Shown here piece by piece: positions 10,440 to 21,297 of a stretch of 64,000 nt of DNA. The notes under the pieces were generated by a model. That model did no database searches, was not told the DNA's origin, and saw nothing but the letters and a program-made list of their open reading frames with translations. This DNA is from Alphaproteobacteria bacterium (GTDB lineage Bacteria > Pseudomonadota > Alphaproteobacteria > Bin95). Where the stretch lies: positions 288,001-352,000 of the forward strand of contig OZ219789.1 in assembly GCA_964291285.2 (NCBI GenBank), written 5' to 3'. How positions within the stretch are numbered: the stretch's first letter is position 1; each line of letters starts with the position of its first letter. The position numbers were made by a program, and so were the translations under genes.

Positions 10440-10750
10440 CGCCTGCTGATGTGCTGTCCCATTGTGCCACACGTGCTCGGGCCAGCAACCCTGAAGGGTC
10501 CTCCGGTCGCAAGCTCCCTGCGGCCTGGCCAAGAAGCTCTAGAGGGGCGGAGTGGTGCGGAAAGTAGCCGACCGTGAAGATCGCGTGGCAGAGGCCGTGC
10601 CCGGCGCGCAACGCGGTGCGAACGCGATCTTCCGCACCAAGATTCGGCGACTTTCCGCACCACTCCGCCCCAAGAGCTTCTAGGGCCAGGTGCTTGCCCT
10701 GTGCGCGCGTGACCCAACAGGACATCACATCGGGGATCGGCCCCGAACGT
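10440..10750 (+). promoter_or_regulatory. Long imperfect stem-loop leader upstream of the DUF2493 gene
   Basis: Perfect 22-bp IR 10544-10565/10650-10671 plus nested 9-11 bp stems; homolog at 43790-44050. Confidence 0.6.
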
Positions 10751-10776
10751 GCAACCCGATCGCAAGGAGATCGACA

Positions 10777-11856
10777 ATGACCTTCGATATCGACACCACC
10801 CGGACCGGCGAACAGTCCGCCACCGCCGCCGCCTGCGAAGCCGCTGCGTTGTTCGGCGCCACCCCCGGCCCGGACGAGTTCGACAACCGGCCGCTGTGGG
10901 AGGCCCCGGACCGCATCAGGACCGTCCCCCACGGCGAGCTCACCTTTGCCGAGCAGCGCACCCGGCGGCGGGAGTACACGGTGCGGCGCGACCAGGACCC
11001 GAACCTCCACCCCGGCGATCCGCTCGACGTGCCCGACCTCCGCGCCGCGTTCGAGGACTCGCACCTGCCCGCCATCGTGCACGAGATCATCGACCTTGCC
11101 GCCGAGCGTCTGTGCGCCGATGGAACCAAGCTCGCCGACGAGCGCGAGAGCCTCATCTGGGGCCTGGTGAACTGCTTCCACGCCCAGACACAGAGGATCG
11201 ACCGCGCGCTCGACCGCATGATCCCGGAACTGCGCGACCTCGAACGCGCCCAGGACGGCACCGAGATCCCGGCGCGCGAGCTGGAGTTGATGACCGACAG
11301 GGCGCACAACATGGGCGACCGTCGCGACGCGCTGGAGATCTTCCGTGATTGCGCCGCCGAGGCCTACCGCGCCCGCACCGGCGAGGTCTGGAGGCCCCGC
11401 ACCGGCAGCCATGCGAGCCGCACCGGCAATCTGACCTCCGCCGCCATCGACGCCCGGGACTTCCGGCGCGCGAGGAAGGACCGCGAGACGAACGCGCATC
11501 TGCCGGCGGGAACCCTGATCGCCATCGCCGGCGGCAAGGACGTCACCGACCCGGCCGCCGTCATCGCCCGCCTCGACAGGGCCCGCGCCAAGTATGCCGA
11601 CATGGTGCTCGTGCATGGCGGCGGGCCCGGCGTCGAGAAGATCGCGGCGCGCTGGGCCGAGCGCAACGGCGTCCACCAGGTCGTCTGCAAGCCGGACTGG
11701 GACCGCCACGGCCGCGCCGCCCCGTTCAGGCGCAACGACGAACTGCTCAACCTCCTGCCGAAGGGCGTGATCGCGTTCCCCGGCTCCGGCATCACCGAGA
11801 ACCTCGTCGACAAGGCGCGCACCCTCGGCATCCCGGTGATGAAGGTCGCAGCCTGA
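10777..11856 (+). CDS. DUF2493 (YspA-like SLOG) domain protein
   Basis: IAIAGGKD, LVHGGGPG, KPDWDRHGRAAPFRRND, AFPGSGIT; AAGGAG RBS. Confidence 0.85.
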   Translation: MTFDIDTTRTGEQSATAAACEAAALFGATPGPDEFDNRPLWEAPDRIRTVPHGELTFAEQRTRRREYTVRRDQDPNLHPGDPLDVPDLRAAFEDSHLPAIVHEIIDLAAERLCADGTKLADERESLIWGLVNCFHAQTQRIDRALDRMIPELRDLERAQDGTEIPARELELMTDRAHNMGDRRDALEIFRDCAAEAYRARTGEVWRPRTGSHASRTGNLTSAAIDARDFRRARKDRETNAHLPAGTLIAIAGGKDVTDPAAVIARLDRARAKYADMVLVHGGGPGVEKIAARWAERNGVHQVVCKPDWDRHGRAAPFRRNDELLNLLPKGVIAFPGSGITENLVDKARTLGIPVMKVAA

Positions 11857-12920
11857 CCGGAACCGTCCCGCGGGCCGCGTCGTCGCTCCGGCGGCGGCGC
11901 GGCCCGTTTCCTGTTTCGCACACCGATGACGCGGCAACGCCAACCTCGCGCGCGCTTCGCGCCGCGCTCGCCGCCTCGCTGCGCTCGGCGTCCCCGGCTG
12001 CCGCGAACGTATCGTGGCGGGCACCGGAGCGGAATGCGGCGGTCGAGAGGTGGAGCCGAGGAGGTGGACCGGGCCGGGCCGAAACATGCGCACCCTCCGG
12101 GCCGCTTCGCGGCGGCTTGCGCCGTGCGGATGTTTCTCTGAAGACCCGGCCCTCCGTCCTTGTTCATTCCGCACCGTCAACCGGCAACCTTCGCCCTCCG
12201 CTGCTGTCCTCGTTCCTGCGGGCAGCGTCTCCGGGCGCGAGCTTGCCTCTTCCGTGGCGAGACCGTGGCAGGTGCGCGCCGGGAGACCGCGCGCAGCGCC
12301 CGGAGGCTGCACGACACGGCTCCCCTTCGGGATGCGCCGCGCCGCGCAGCCTCCGGGCGCATGACGGCACTTGCCCCGGACCGCTGTCCGGGCATGCCGC
12401 TCGCGATGCTCGCGCGGGCGCTCCCGCCCCGTCGCGCGCTTCGCCGCGCTCGCCGCTGCGCCATGCTCCGCATGGATGCATCGGCTACTGCGCCGATCCC
12501 GGCGCACCGCCCGCCGCACTGCCGCCGGCGTAAGTGCCGACGGCTCCGCCGCCCCGCTCGGCACGGTGCTTCGCACCAGTGTCCTCGCTCGCGTCGGCGA
12601 GGCCGTCCGCTCAAACGCCGCGGCGGCTTCCCTCCGCCGGGTTCCCCGGCGTCGATTTCCCGACCTCCCGTACAGCGCAAATCAGGCTCTGACCGGCCAT
12701 TGCCGGCCTCGGTTTGGCACACCCCACGCATCCTTGATGCAAAGAGCGAGGCCCGGCCGGCCTGCATCGGTCGGCAGTTTTCCGTTGCGTGACAGACGGT
12801 TGGGCCTGACCCGGCCTCTGACCGCGGTTTCGCGCGCGGGTCGCGTTGTCCGTTCAAGAGCGCCGTTCCGTTCCCCCGGGACGGACGGCGCCCGAGGGAA
12901 CAGACAACGGAGACACGCCC

Positions 12921-14057
12921 ATGCGCATCCATGCCCCCGTCAACGAGCGGACGGTCCGCCGCACCTTCAGGGAGAAGAAACCCGGACGATACGGCCTGAC
13001 CGTCATCGACAGGGACCTGCCCGCCTTCGGCTTCACCGTCGCCGGGAACGGGACGAAGACCTTCTTCGTCCGGACCTCACGCCAGTTCGGCGCGCCCAAG
13101 GCGATCCTCGGCACGACCGACGACATGACCGCCGCCGAGGCGAGGGAGAAGGCCATTGCCGCCATCGCCGAAGCCAAAGCCGACCGCGAGACCGGGCCGC
13201 TGTTCGCCGACTTCGCGGCCGACTTCATGCGCCGCCAGGGGCGGCGCTGGAAACCCTCCACGAGGAAGGCCAACGCCCATCTGGTCGAGCGCGGCCTCGT
13301 GCCCTTCTTCGGCGCGATGCCCGTCGCGAAGATCGACCGCGCCGATGTGCGGCGCTGGTTCGATTCCCTCAGCGGCGCCCCCGGCAGCGCCAACCGGACC
13401 CTGCCGGTGCTCTCGGTGATGATGCGGCAGGCGGAGCTATGGGACCTTCGCCCGCAGGGCTCCAACCCCTGCCGCAACATGCGGCGCTACAGGACGGCGC
13501 CGCGCGAGCGGTTCCTGTCCCTGGACGAGTTGAAGCGCCTCGGCTTCGTCCTCGACCATGCCGAGGACCGGCAGGCCGCCGCCGCCATCCGCCTGCTGCT
13601 GTTCACCGGCGCCCGGTCGTCCGAGATCGCCAGCCTGCAATGGGACTGGATACGGGACACCCGCGCGGTGTTGCCGGACTCCAAGACCGGACCGAAGGCG
13701 CTCCAGCTTCCCCCGCCCGCGCGGGCCGTCCTGAATGGCCTGCCGCGCGAGGGACGCTTCGTCTTCCCGAACGGGAAGGGCGACGGCCCGATGACCGACC
13801 TCGGCCTGCGCTGGCAGAAGCTGCGCGGTCTCGCCGGGCTGGACGATGTGCGCATCCACGACTGCCGGCATACCTTCGCCTCCCATGCCGTGATGAGCGG
13901 CCTCGACCTCTACACCGTCGGCCGCCTGCTCGGCCATGCCGATACCGCCTCCACCGAACGCTACGCCCATCTCGCCGACGAGCATGTCCGCGAGGCGGCC
14001 GGGCGCATCTCCGGCATCGTCCACGGCGCCATGACCGGGAAGGAAAGCGGGCGATGA
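12921..14057 (+). CDS. Tyrosine recombinase with N-terminal arm-binding domain (pair A, first)
   Basis: TGARSSE, DSKTG, HDCRH, LLGH, RYAH catalytic motifs intact. Confidence 0.92.
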   Translation: MRIHAPVNERTVRRTFREKKPGRYGLTVIDRDLPAFGFTVAGNGTKTFFVRTSRQFGAPKAILGTTDDMTAAEAREKAIAAIAEAKADRETGPLFADFAADFMRRQGRRWKPSTRKANAHLVERGLVPFFGAMPVAKIDRADVRRWFDSLSGAPGSANRTLPVLSVMMRQAELWDLRPQGSNPCRNMRRYRTAPRERFLSLDELKRLGFVLDHAEDRQAAAAIRLLLFTGARSSEIASLQWDWIRDTRAVLPDSKTGPKALQLPPPARAVLNGLPREGRFVFPNGKGDGPMTDLGLRWQKLRGLAGLDDVRIHDCRHTFASHAVMSGLDLYTVGRLLGHADTASTERYAHLADEHVREAAGRISGIVHGAMTGKESGR

Positions 14058-15403
14058 GCGGCGGCAGGCATCGTGTCCGGCTCACCGTGAAGGCCGTCGC
14101 CGCCGCCAAGCCGGCGGAACGGGAATACACCCTGTGGGACAATCTGCTGGCGCATTTCGGGGTCAGGGTGCAGCCCTCCGGCGTCCGGTCCTGGATCGTC
14201 CAGACCCGCGTCCGGGGACGCATGCGCAAGATCACCCTCGGGCGCTTCCCCGAACTGCCTCTCGACGCGGCGCGCCGGGAAGGCGCAGCCGTGCTCGCCC
14301 GCCTGTGGGGCGGCGAGGACGTGACGCCGCCGCGCAAGGAGAAGGCGCCGCTGTTCCGGGACTTCGCCGCCCGTTACCGCTCGCGGCGGAAACACCGCTG
14401 GAAGCCGTCCTCGCTCAAGACCTTCGATAGCTACATGAAGAACCGCCTGATGCCGCATTTCGGCAGGCTCCGGCTCGACGCCATCGACCATGCGCGGGTC
14501 TCGGCATGGTTCGACGCCGCCAGCGCGGACAGGCCCGGCGCCGCCAACCGCGCCTTCGAGATACTCCGCGCCATGCTCGGGACGGCCCGGCAGTGGGGCG
14601 ACATCGGCGAGCATGTCCCCGATGCCTGCGCCAACATCGTGAAGAACCCCCGCAAGCCTGTCGCGCGTTACCTCAGCCGCGAAGAGCTGGAGCGTCTCGG
14701 CGCGGTGCTCGACCGCCACCGGAAGGAACACCCCTGGCCGGTGGCGGCCATCCGGCTGCTGACGCTCACCGGGGCGCGGCTCTCCGAAGTCATCAACCTC
14801 AGGTGGGACGAGATCGGAGAGTTGACCGGAGACGGCGCGAGCGCGCGCATCGAAGACTCCAAGACCGGGCCGCGCACCATCTGGCTCGGACCCGAAGCGG
14901 CAAGGCTGGTCGAGGCGCTGCCGCGACCGGATGGCCGGGAGCGGGTGTTCCCCGAGACCCTCACACCGGCAAGGCTCTACACCTTCTGGTGCGGTATCCG
15001 CGACGAGGCGGGGCTTCCGGGCCTTCGCATCCACGACTGCCGCCACACCTGGGCCTCGCAGGGCGTCATGAACGGCGTCGGGCTCACCACCGTCGGACGG
15101 CTGCTCGGACACCGCAAGCGGGAGACCACCGCGATCTACGCCCATCTCGACGATGGCGCGCTGCGGGTCGCCGCCGCCCAGGCCGCCGCCGTCATCGCGC
15201 GAGCGATGGGGTACAGGGCGGAGGCGCCTCCGCTGCCGGACGAGGCGGCGCACGGCGATGCATCGGCCGACATACCTGTGCCGTCCAGGCCCGGTGCGTC
15301 GGCATCACCGGAGGGAGGGCGATCCTCCCTCCGGGTCAGGACCGGGGATCCGGAGCGATCGGATGCAAGCATCCGCCGTAGACCGCAGGGTATCGGGATC
15401 TGA
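14054..15403 (+). CDS. Tyrosine recombinase with arm-binding domain (pair A, second)
   Basis: ATGA overlap with the first gene; EYTLWD..FGVRV arm domain; TGARLSE, HDCRH, LLGH, IYAH. Confidence 0.92.
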   Translation: MSGGRHRVRLTVKAVAAAKPAEREYTLWDNLLAHFGVRVQPSGVRSWIVQTRVRGRMRKITLGRFPELPLDAARREGAAVLARLWGGEDVTPPRKEKAPLFRDFAARYRSRRKHRWKPSSLKTFDSYMKNRLMPHFGRLRLDAIDHARVSAWFDAASADRPGAANRAFEILRAMLGTARQWGDIGEHVPDACANIVKNPRKPVARYLSREELERLGAVLDRHRKEHPWPVAAIRLLTLTGARLSEVINLRWDEIGELTGDGASARIEDSKTGPRTIWLGPEAARLVEALPRPDGRERVFPETLTPARLYTFWCGIRDEAGLPGLRIHDCRHTWASQGVMNGVGLTTVGRLLGHRKRETTAIYAHLDDGALRVAAAQAAAVIARAMGYRAEAPPLPDEAAHGDASADIPVPSRPGASASPEGGRSSLRVRTGDPERSDASIRRRPQGIGI

Positions 15404-15448
15404 GTTTGCGGCGGGCATGGAGCCGATCGGGGACCCTCAGGCGGGGTC

Positions 15449-15560
15449 TTTGCCGTGAAAATGGTTGGGGATCGGGCACACAAAAACCCCTCCCCGCCAA
15501 AGCACTGCTTCCGAGGCGTCCGATACTCGCCATCTGCGGCGCCCGTCTTGCGGATCGTGA
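15449..15560 (+). repeat. 112-bp direct repeat, copy 1
   Basis: Matches 28266-28377 with 3 mismatches. Confidence 0.9.
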
Positions 15561-18003
15561 ATCGAAGCCGCTGGACCGCATCGGCGAGGCCGCCATCCGG
15601 CGCTGGTTCGAGCGATACAGCCGCACCGCGCCGGGCAACGCCAATCCCTGCCTTGCCCGTCTGCGGCAGATACTCAACTTCGCCCTCGCCTGCGGCCACA
15701 TCGAGGTCAACCTAAATCCGGCAGTTGACGAGCTTGATCGCTGTCTCGGGGTAGTGTGAACGGTCGGATTTGGGCGTGGATTTCAGCACGTGGTCGCGGC
15801 CCTGGGTGGCGGCAGCCAGGGTTGACGCCCCGGTTCGCGGCCATGGAGGTATTTCCTGAGCGCCTCGGCGAGGATGCGGCGCCAGCGATCCCCGGCGCTC
15901 AACTGCTCCGCAGTTTGCGTCAGCGACCGGAAGAAGCCGGCGATCCGGCGCAGCGCCGCCATCACCGTCTTGCGACGCCCGTGATGGGAGGTCACCGTCA
16001 GCCGGGTCTGGCCGGCGTGGTGGGTCTGGCGGGCAACCCCGTGCAGGAGCAGCGGCCGGCTGGTGATCGCCTCGCGGTGATGGTCGGGGTCGGCGAGGCG
16101 CACGAACAGGCTCCACCAGTTGTAGATGAGCGCGATCAGCCGGGCCATGTGCCGGCAGCGCGTCAGGTCGCGCGTGGTGAAGCCGCCCCAACCCCACTGG
16201 TTCTTCAACTCGTCGAAGCCGTTCTCCGCGTCCGCCCGGTCGCGGTAGAGCTGGGCCAGCGAGCGTATCTCCAGGTCCAGCGAGGTCGCCAGCACCGCGA
16301 ACTCCCACACCCCGGTGCCGGGCTGCGCCTCGGTCCAGAACAGCTCGCCCTGGGCCTTGTCGCCACGCGTCAGCGCCAGCGTCGCAGGAAGCCGCCGACG
16401 CAGCACCACAACCCGGCGCGTCCGGCTCCAGCCCTGCAGACGCAGATCGGCCCCGATCCCCGACCAGCCCTGGCCTGCATCCTCCCAGCCGTCCCGCACC
16501 ATCAGCCGCTCGGCAAGCCGGCGCGCCCCCTTCGTCAGGCGCAGCTTGAACAAATAGTCCAGACCCGCAGCCTCGCACGACGCCATGTTGGCCTCGCTGC
16601 CCCAGTCCTTATCGCCCCGCACCAGACGCGGCCAGCGATCCCGACCGAGACGGTCGAGCAACGCCCACAAGGACGGCGCCGCGCGCCTCGAATGGTGATG
16701 GTTGCCCGGCGCCACCTCGACATCCAGAACAAGCCGCGTGCCCGCCATCAGGAACGCATGGCAGGCATGCGAGGGGCGGCCCGGCTTCTTCGGGTTGTAG
16801 CTCACAACCGCCCCCTCCTGACGACCGTAAAGCGCCTTGATCGTCGTGTCGCAGTCCAGAACCCACGGCTCCCTCAGCAGCGGACGGACCACCTCGTCCA
16901 GATGGCCCTGAAGCCACGATGTGCCGACATCCGCACCGATCCGCTCCAGACCGCGCCGCACCGAATCCTCGCTCGCAACCTTGTCCATACCCAGCAGCGC
17001 AGGGTTCACCCCGTCGCCGCGCAGCGACGTGATGTGCGCATAGCGAGACTGCCCCGCCAGAACCGACAGAAGAACCGTCCCCAGGACATCCCGCTTCGAC
17101 GGCGCGTTCGGGCTCGTGTAGTGCAGCGGGCAGTCCGCAACCAAAGCGTCAAAGCGACCGCTTACCTTCAGGTATTCCGAGAAAAACGCCAGATGCCCCA
17201 GCGGCGTCACCGCCGCATCAGGGTCCCATTCCACATGAACCGCGCCGCCGAAGGTGTCCACCTTCACCGACGCTCGGGCGACATCCCGCACAGCGCCAGG
17301 ATAATCACCCAAAGGGTGAGCCTCTTCGGCCCCTGAAAAGCCGCTCATACCCGCAGACTACAAGGGATTCGGCAAGGCCAAGCCATCCTCAACTGCCGGA
17401 TTTAGGGTCAATCCCGTCGGGCGCATCGCCCCGAACCGCCGCACGGCGCTCACGCGGTTCCTGTCCCGGGAGGAACTCGCACGCCTCCATGCCGCCTTGG
17501 ACGCGCAGACCCGGAAGAGCGCGCGGCAGCAGGCCGACATCGTCCGCCTCCTGCTGCTGACCGGCTGCCGCAGAAGCGAGATCACGGGCCTGCGCTGGTC
17601 CGAAGTCCGCGAGGACGGGCTGGCGCTCACCGATGCCAAGACCGGACCGAGGACGGTCCCGCTCGGCAGCGGGGCCCGGGCCATTCTCGACCGGCAGCCG
17701 CGCACGGGCAGCCCGTTCGTGTTTCCTTCGCCGTGCGACCCCGCCCGCCCGCGCAGCCCCGACCTGCCGCTCTGGTACCGCGTCAGACGCGAAGCCGGCA
17801 TCGGGGATGTCCGCCTTCATGACCTGCGCCATACCATGGCCAGCCATGCGGTGATGAACGGCGTGCCGGTCCCGGTGGTCTCCCGCCTGCTCGGGCATTC
17901 CAGTGTGCGCATGACGCTGCGCTACGCCCATCTCGCCGACCGCGACATCGAGGCCGCCGCGGAACGCGTCGGGCAGGCCATGAGCGCCGTGCTGGAGACA
18001 TGA
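15561..18003 (+). pseudogene. 5'-truncated tyrosine recombinase interrupted by an IS1380-like element
   Basis: KPLDRI...GHIEVN (15561-15710) continues as PVGRIAPNRR...HDLRH...RYAH after 17411; paralog of 56664-57875. Confidence 0.88.
15711..17406 (-). mobile_element. IS1380-like element copy 1 (1696 bp); transposase 15783-17348 (-), intact
   Basis: TIR CCTAAATCCGGCA; 5-bp TSD GTCAA; DDE motifs LDCDTT, VRGD, R..AENGFDELK. Confidence 0.9.
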
Positions 18004-18103
18004 CCGGGGCGGCCGCGGCAGACCCGCTCCTTCATGAGCGAATGGCGCCGGTCTTCTGCCTGCGCCGCACCCGGCCCGATGCTGCCGCTATCGGCGTGTC
18101 CGG

Positions 18104-19354
18104 TCAGAACTGTCGCACGAAGGAGAGTTCGGCGCGGTTTCGTTTGTAGTCGAGGGTCTGGGCGTTGGTATCGCGCTCCTCGCGGATGAGCGAGAGGCGG
18201 GGGCTGAAGCCGAGCACGGTGACGGCGCGGTTGTGCACGGAGAGCGAGAGGCTGCGCGTCTCGTCCCGGCGCGGCCTGCGGTCGATGGTGTTGTGGGCGA
18301 AGCCCTGTCCCTGGTATGCGGCGCGCTGCAGGGAGGCGCGCAGGCCGAGGGTGAAGCCGGCCGGCAGCGCGAGCGTCGCGCCGAGGCCGGCCCGGGGTCC
18401 GCGGTTGCGCCAGTGTCCGGCATTGGCGCGGGTCCAGTTGTATCCGGCATGGCCGCCGAGGCGCAGGACGGGCAGGGCGGCCCAGCTTGCGCCGAGCATC
18501 GCATCGCCCGCCGGGCCGTCGAGATGGTTGCAGCCGCGGCAGTTGCGCCGGGTGGCGCTGGCGTGGGCGAACATGAAGAGGCGCGGCGTCAGGCGGTGCG
18601 CGCCTTCCAGCCGGACGCCGAAGCGGTCGGTCTCGGGCCGCCCGGCGGTCCATTGCCGGTCCACCACCGCCAGCAGGCTCGCCTCCGTGCTCCCGTCGAT
18701 CAGCCGGCGCGGGCCGATATGGGCCGAGAGCGAATGGCGGTCGAACGCCCCGCCCTTGTATTCCCGCGCGCTGGCGTCCGCCCCGGCGCGCAGCCGCAGG
18801 GCCGACGACAACGGAACCTGGTATTCGCCGCCGCCCCACAGCGAGACGCCGATGCCCGACTTGCGCGACACGTCGCCGTCGAGGGTGAAGGGCAGGCGCC
18901 CGAACGGCGTGTCGAGAAAGACCGTGCGCTCCCCCGACGCGGCGTTGAGGTTGCTGTCGGGCGCCACCGCCAGGCCGAAATGCGCCTCCCAGCGCCGCCG
19001 CGCGCGCATGATGTCGAGGAAGCGCCAGATGTTGGCGGCCACCGCCGGCGGCGGCGTCCCCGCCAGCACCTGTTCGAAATGCCGCCGCGCCAGGCTGTCC
19101 TCCTCCTTCAGGAAGAAGGCGTGCGCGAGTTCGAGGCGCACCCGCACCAGGTCCGGGCGGTCCACCAGGATGGCCCGGAACGCCGCAATCGCCTCGTCGA
19201 GCTTCCCGTCGCGGGCGTCCCGGTCCGGAGCGGCCTGCGCGGCGGCAAGCGCCTCCATGCCCGCCCGGAACCGCTCGCCGGTCGCGTCCTGGCCGTGGGC
19301 GGCGGCGGCGAACAGGCACAGCCCGGCGGCAATGACGAGAGCGGGTATGCGCAT
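18104..19354 (-). CDS. Slam-family (type XI secretion) outer-membrane protein, copy 1
   Basis: Signal peptide, TPR-like RVRLELA..F, APDSNLN motif, beta-barrel ending SFVRQF; adjacent to a lipoprotein gene. Confidence 0.85.
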   Translation of the reverse strand: MRIPALVIAAGLCLFAAAAHGQDATGERFRAGMEALAAAQAAPDRDARDGKLDEAIAAFRAILVDRPDLVRVRLELAHAFFLKEEDSLARRHFEQVLAGTPPPAVAANIWRFLDIMRARRRWEAHFGLAVAPDSNLNAASGERTVFLDTPFGRLPFTLDGDVSRKSGIGVSLWGGGEYQVPLSSALRLRAGADASAREYKGGAFDRHSLSAHIGPRRLIDGSTEASLLAVVDRQWTAGRPETDRFGVRLEGAHRLTPRLFMFAHASATRRNCRGCNHLDGPAGDAMLGASWAALPVLRLGGHAGYNWTRANAGHWRNRGPRAGLGATLALPAGFTLGLRASLQRAAYQGQGFAHNTIDRRPRRDETRSLSLSVHNRAVTVLGFSPRLSLIREERDTNAQTLDYKRNRAELSFVRQF

Positions 19355-19469
19355 GAAAACCATTGTCCGTGCAAGGGGAACCTCCGGCAACCCGGAGGGC
19401 GCCGGAGGAAAGAAGGCCCCGGCCGCCTGAAGCAGCCGGGGCCCGAAAAGGTGATGCTCCGGGAGCCGG

Positions 19470-21215
19470 CTACTCTGCCGGCGCTTGTATCCTCGTCGAG
19501 AATCCGCCGGTGGCGCTCCCGTCCACGAAGTGGGTGATGAAGGTGCCTATCATGCCGGCCGGGCGCCCCGGGCCGCCCTGGTGGAAGGCTCCAGCCTGCC
19601 AACTGCCGGGCTTGTCGAAGGCGGTGCCGCCGCTGGAACCCGTGGCCAGACCTTCGACATCGAAGTTGTTGTTCGCGCCCTCCGCGAGCTTGACGCTCCA
19701 GTTCTCGTTGACGGCATTCCCCTTGAAGTTGTCGATCTTGCCTCCCATTTTACGGGCGCCTTCCTTCCCGAACTTGGCGTTGAGCGTCACATCCGCCGTG
19801 AACCGTGCGGACTTCTGCCCCGTGTGCTCGCCGGCGGTGTAGAGCTTCAGCGCCGACAGGCCAAAGGCTTCGCCCTTGTAGGTGGCGGTGGCGGGCAGAT
19901 CGGAGTTCACGCCTAACTCCCCGCGCTCGGGGGCAGGGCTGTCTGCGATGGCATGGACCTTGCTCCTTTCATCGCCATCTCCAGACAGCCAGTACCCGTA
20001 GCGGGCATATTCATTCCACTGCGTGTAGTGGGAGTTCCTCGGCGTTATCCAGTAGTAGCGATAGTGGCCCGCGTAGTTATCGTCGAATTCGTCGGCCGCC
20101 TTGAAGAACAGGTTGCCGGTCAGCTTGCCGCCAGGGGCAGAGCAGGTGCCCTGGCAATACAGCGTCCCCTTGACCCCCTTGTAATACTGGTCCCCGGAGA
20201 TGTCGGAGGGATACGCCGTCAGGACCGTTCCATCCGAGCCGGTGAGTGAGGACAGGGGCATCCCGGCAAGGGGCAGGACATCGACATCCATGTTGTCGGT
20301 GCCGAAAGCCTTCTTCACGAGCATCCCATCCTTGGCGGCAATCTGCTCCCAGGTCATGACGCCGGCCGGAAGTTCGCCGTCGTCATACTTGTGATAGAAC
20401 AGGGATCTCCGATCGGCGTTAGTCCCGGTGGCGATGACCTTCGTCGGCGGAGTACTGTTCCCACCGTCTTTGTAGAGATTTGACGGCCTGTGAAGCCACA
20501 TACTCGTGGATACGCCATCGTAACCGCCGGCGCGGGTGCCGGTACGAGCTGTTTCCGCAGGCGACAAGACAGCAAGCATCCGCCTCGCGGGCCTTGACGA
20601 ATTAAGGTTGTCGAAGCCAGCTGTAGCGAGGGTTTCGCCGGCGCGGTCCTTGATTTCCGCCTCGGTATCGACCCTCGAGAAATAGTCTCCGATCGTGCCG
20701 GCCCCGGTCAGGGTCTTCTCGATGGCCTTGATCTCCGCTTTCACTGTTTCGATCTGACCCGTGACCACCTTCTTCTGCGCCGCAAGGCCGGTCGTGCCGG
20801 CCGACAGGGCGTTCAGGTCCGTCTGCGCCTTCTCGGCCGCCTTCAGCGCCGCCTTGGCGTCCGCCAGCGCCTTGTCGGCCGCCGCCTTCGCGTCTTTCAC
20901 GAGCGCGGCGTTGGTCCGGACCACCGAACTGTCGCCTCCGGTGATGTACATTTGCCGAGAGAATTGGGGCGGCTCGACCGCCTTCTTGACCGCGGCCAGC
21001 TGAGCTTCCGCTTCCTTCCTGGCCGCCATCGCCGCCGTCTCGGCTGCCGCGGCGGCGTCGTAGGCCGCCTGCGCCTTCTGGACGTCCGTCATCTCCATCT
21101 GCTGGTCGCCGTCCATCGGCGCGGCCGCCTTCTTCCCGCCACCGCCTCCGCAGCCCGCGAGCGCCAGGCCCGCAGCGGCCATCGCCGCCAGAGCCACATG
21201 TCTCATGGTTCCCAT
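19470..21215 (-). CDS. TbpB-like surface lipoprotein, copy 1
   Basis: Lipobox LAGC + Gly linker, Ala/Lys coiled coil, C-terminal barrel TATYKGEA, FTADVTLNAKF, GKIDNF, GTFITHF..G.ATGGF. Confidence 0.85.
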   Translation of the reverse strand: MGTMRHVALAAMAAAGLALAGCGGGGGKKAAAPMDGDQQMEMTDVQKAQAAYDAAAAAETAAMAARKEAEAQLAAVKKAVEPPQFSRQMYITGGDSSVVRTNAALVKDAKAAADKALADAKAALKAAEKAQTDLNALSAGTTGLAAQKKVVTGQIETVKAEIKAIEKTLTGAGTIGDYFSRVDTEAEIKDRAGETLATAGFDNLNSSRPARRMLAVLSPAETARTGTRAGGYDGVSTSMWLHRPSNLYKDGGNSTPPTKVIATGTNADRRSLFYHKYDDGELPAGVMTWEQIAAKDGMLVKKAFGTDNMDVDVLPLAGMPLSSLTGSDGTVLTAYPSDISGDQYYKGVKGTLYCQGTCSAPGGKLTGNLFFKAADEFDDNYAGHYRYYWITPRNSHYTQWNEYARYGYWLSGDGDERSKVHAIADSPAPERGELGVNSDLPATATYKGEAFGLSALKLYTAGEHTGQKSARFTADVTLNAKFGKEGARKMGGKIDNFKGNAVNENWSVKLAEGANNNFDVEGLATGSSGGTAFDKPGSWQAGAFHQGGPGRPAGMIGTFITHFVDGSATGGFSTRIQAPAE

Positions 21216-21297
21216 CGAACCCTTCTCCTTCCTTCTCTCAAGCCCGGACAAACCGGGCAAACCGTTTGAACCGTTCCTTCGCCGCGCGAAACGCAGG

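Noticed and set aside
9442-12576. 1044-aa minus-strand ORF and similar long overlapping ORFs
   Set aside because: Overlap well-supported plus-strand genes; low-complexity composition
12371-14053. Apparent long N-terminal extension giving a 1010-aa integrase
   Set aside because: Alternative frame of the first integrase; the real start is the ATGA overlap at 14054
15756-17336. 526-aa antisense ORF present in all four IS1380-like copies
   Set aside because: Copies are too similar for its persistence to imply selection; Arg/Pro-rich shadow frame
12921-18003. RIT (recombinase-in-trio) element
   Set aside because: The third recombinase is a truncated paralog from a different pair, joined at a rearrangement junction
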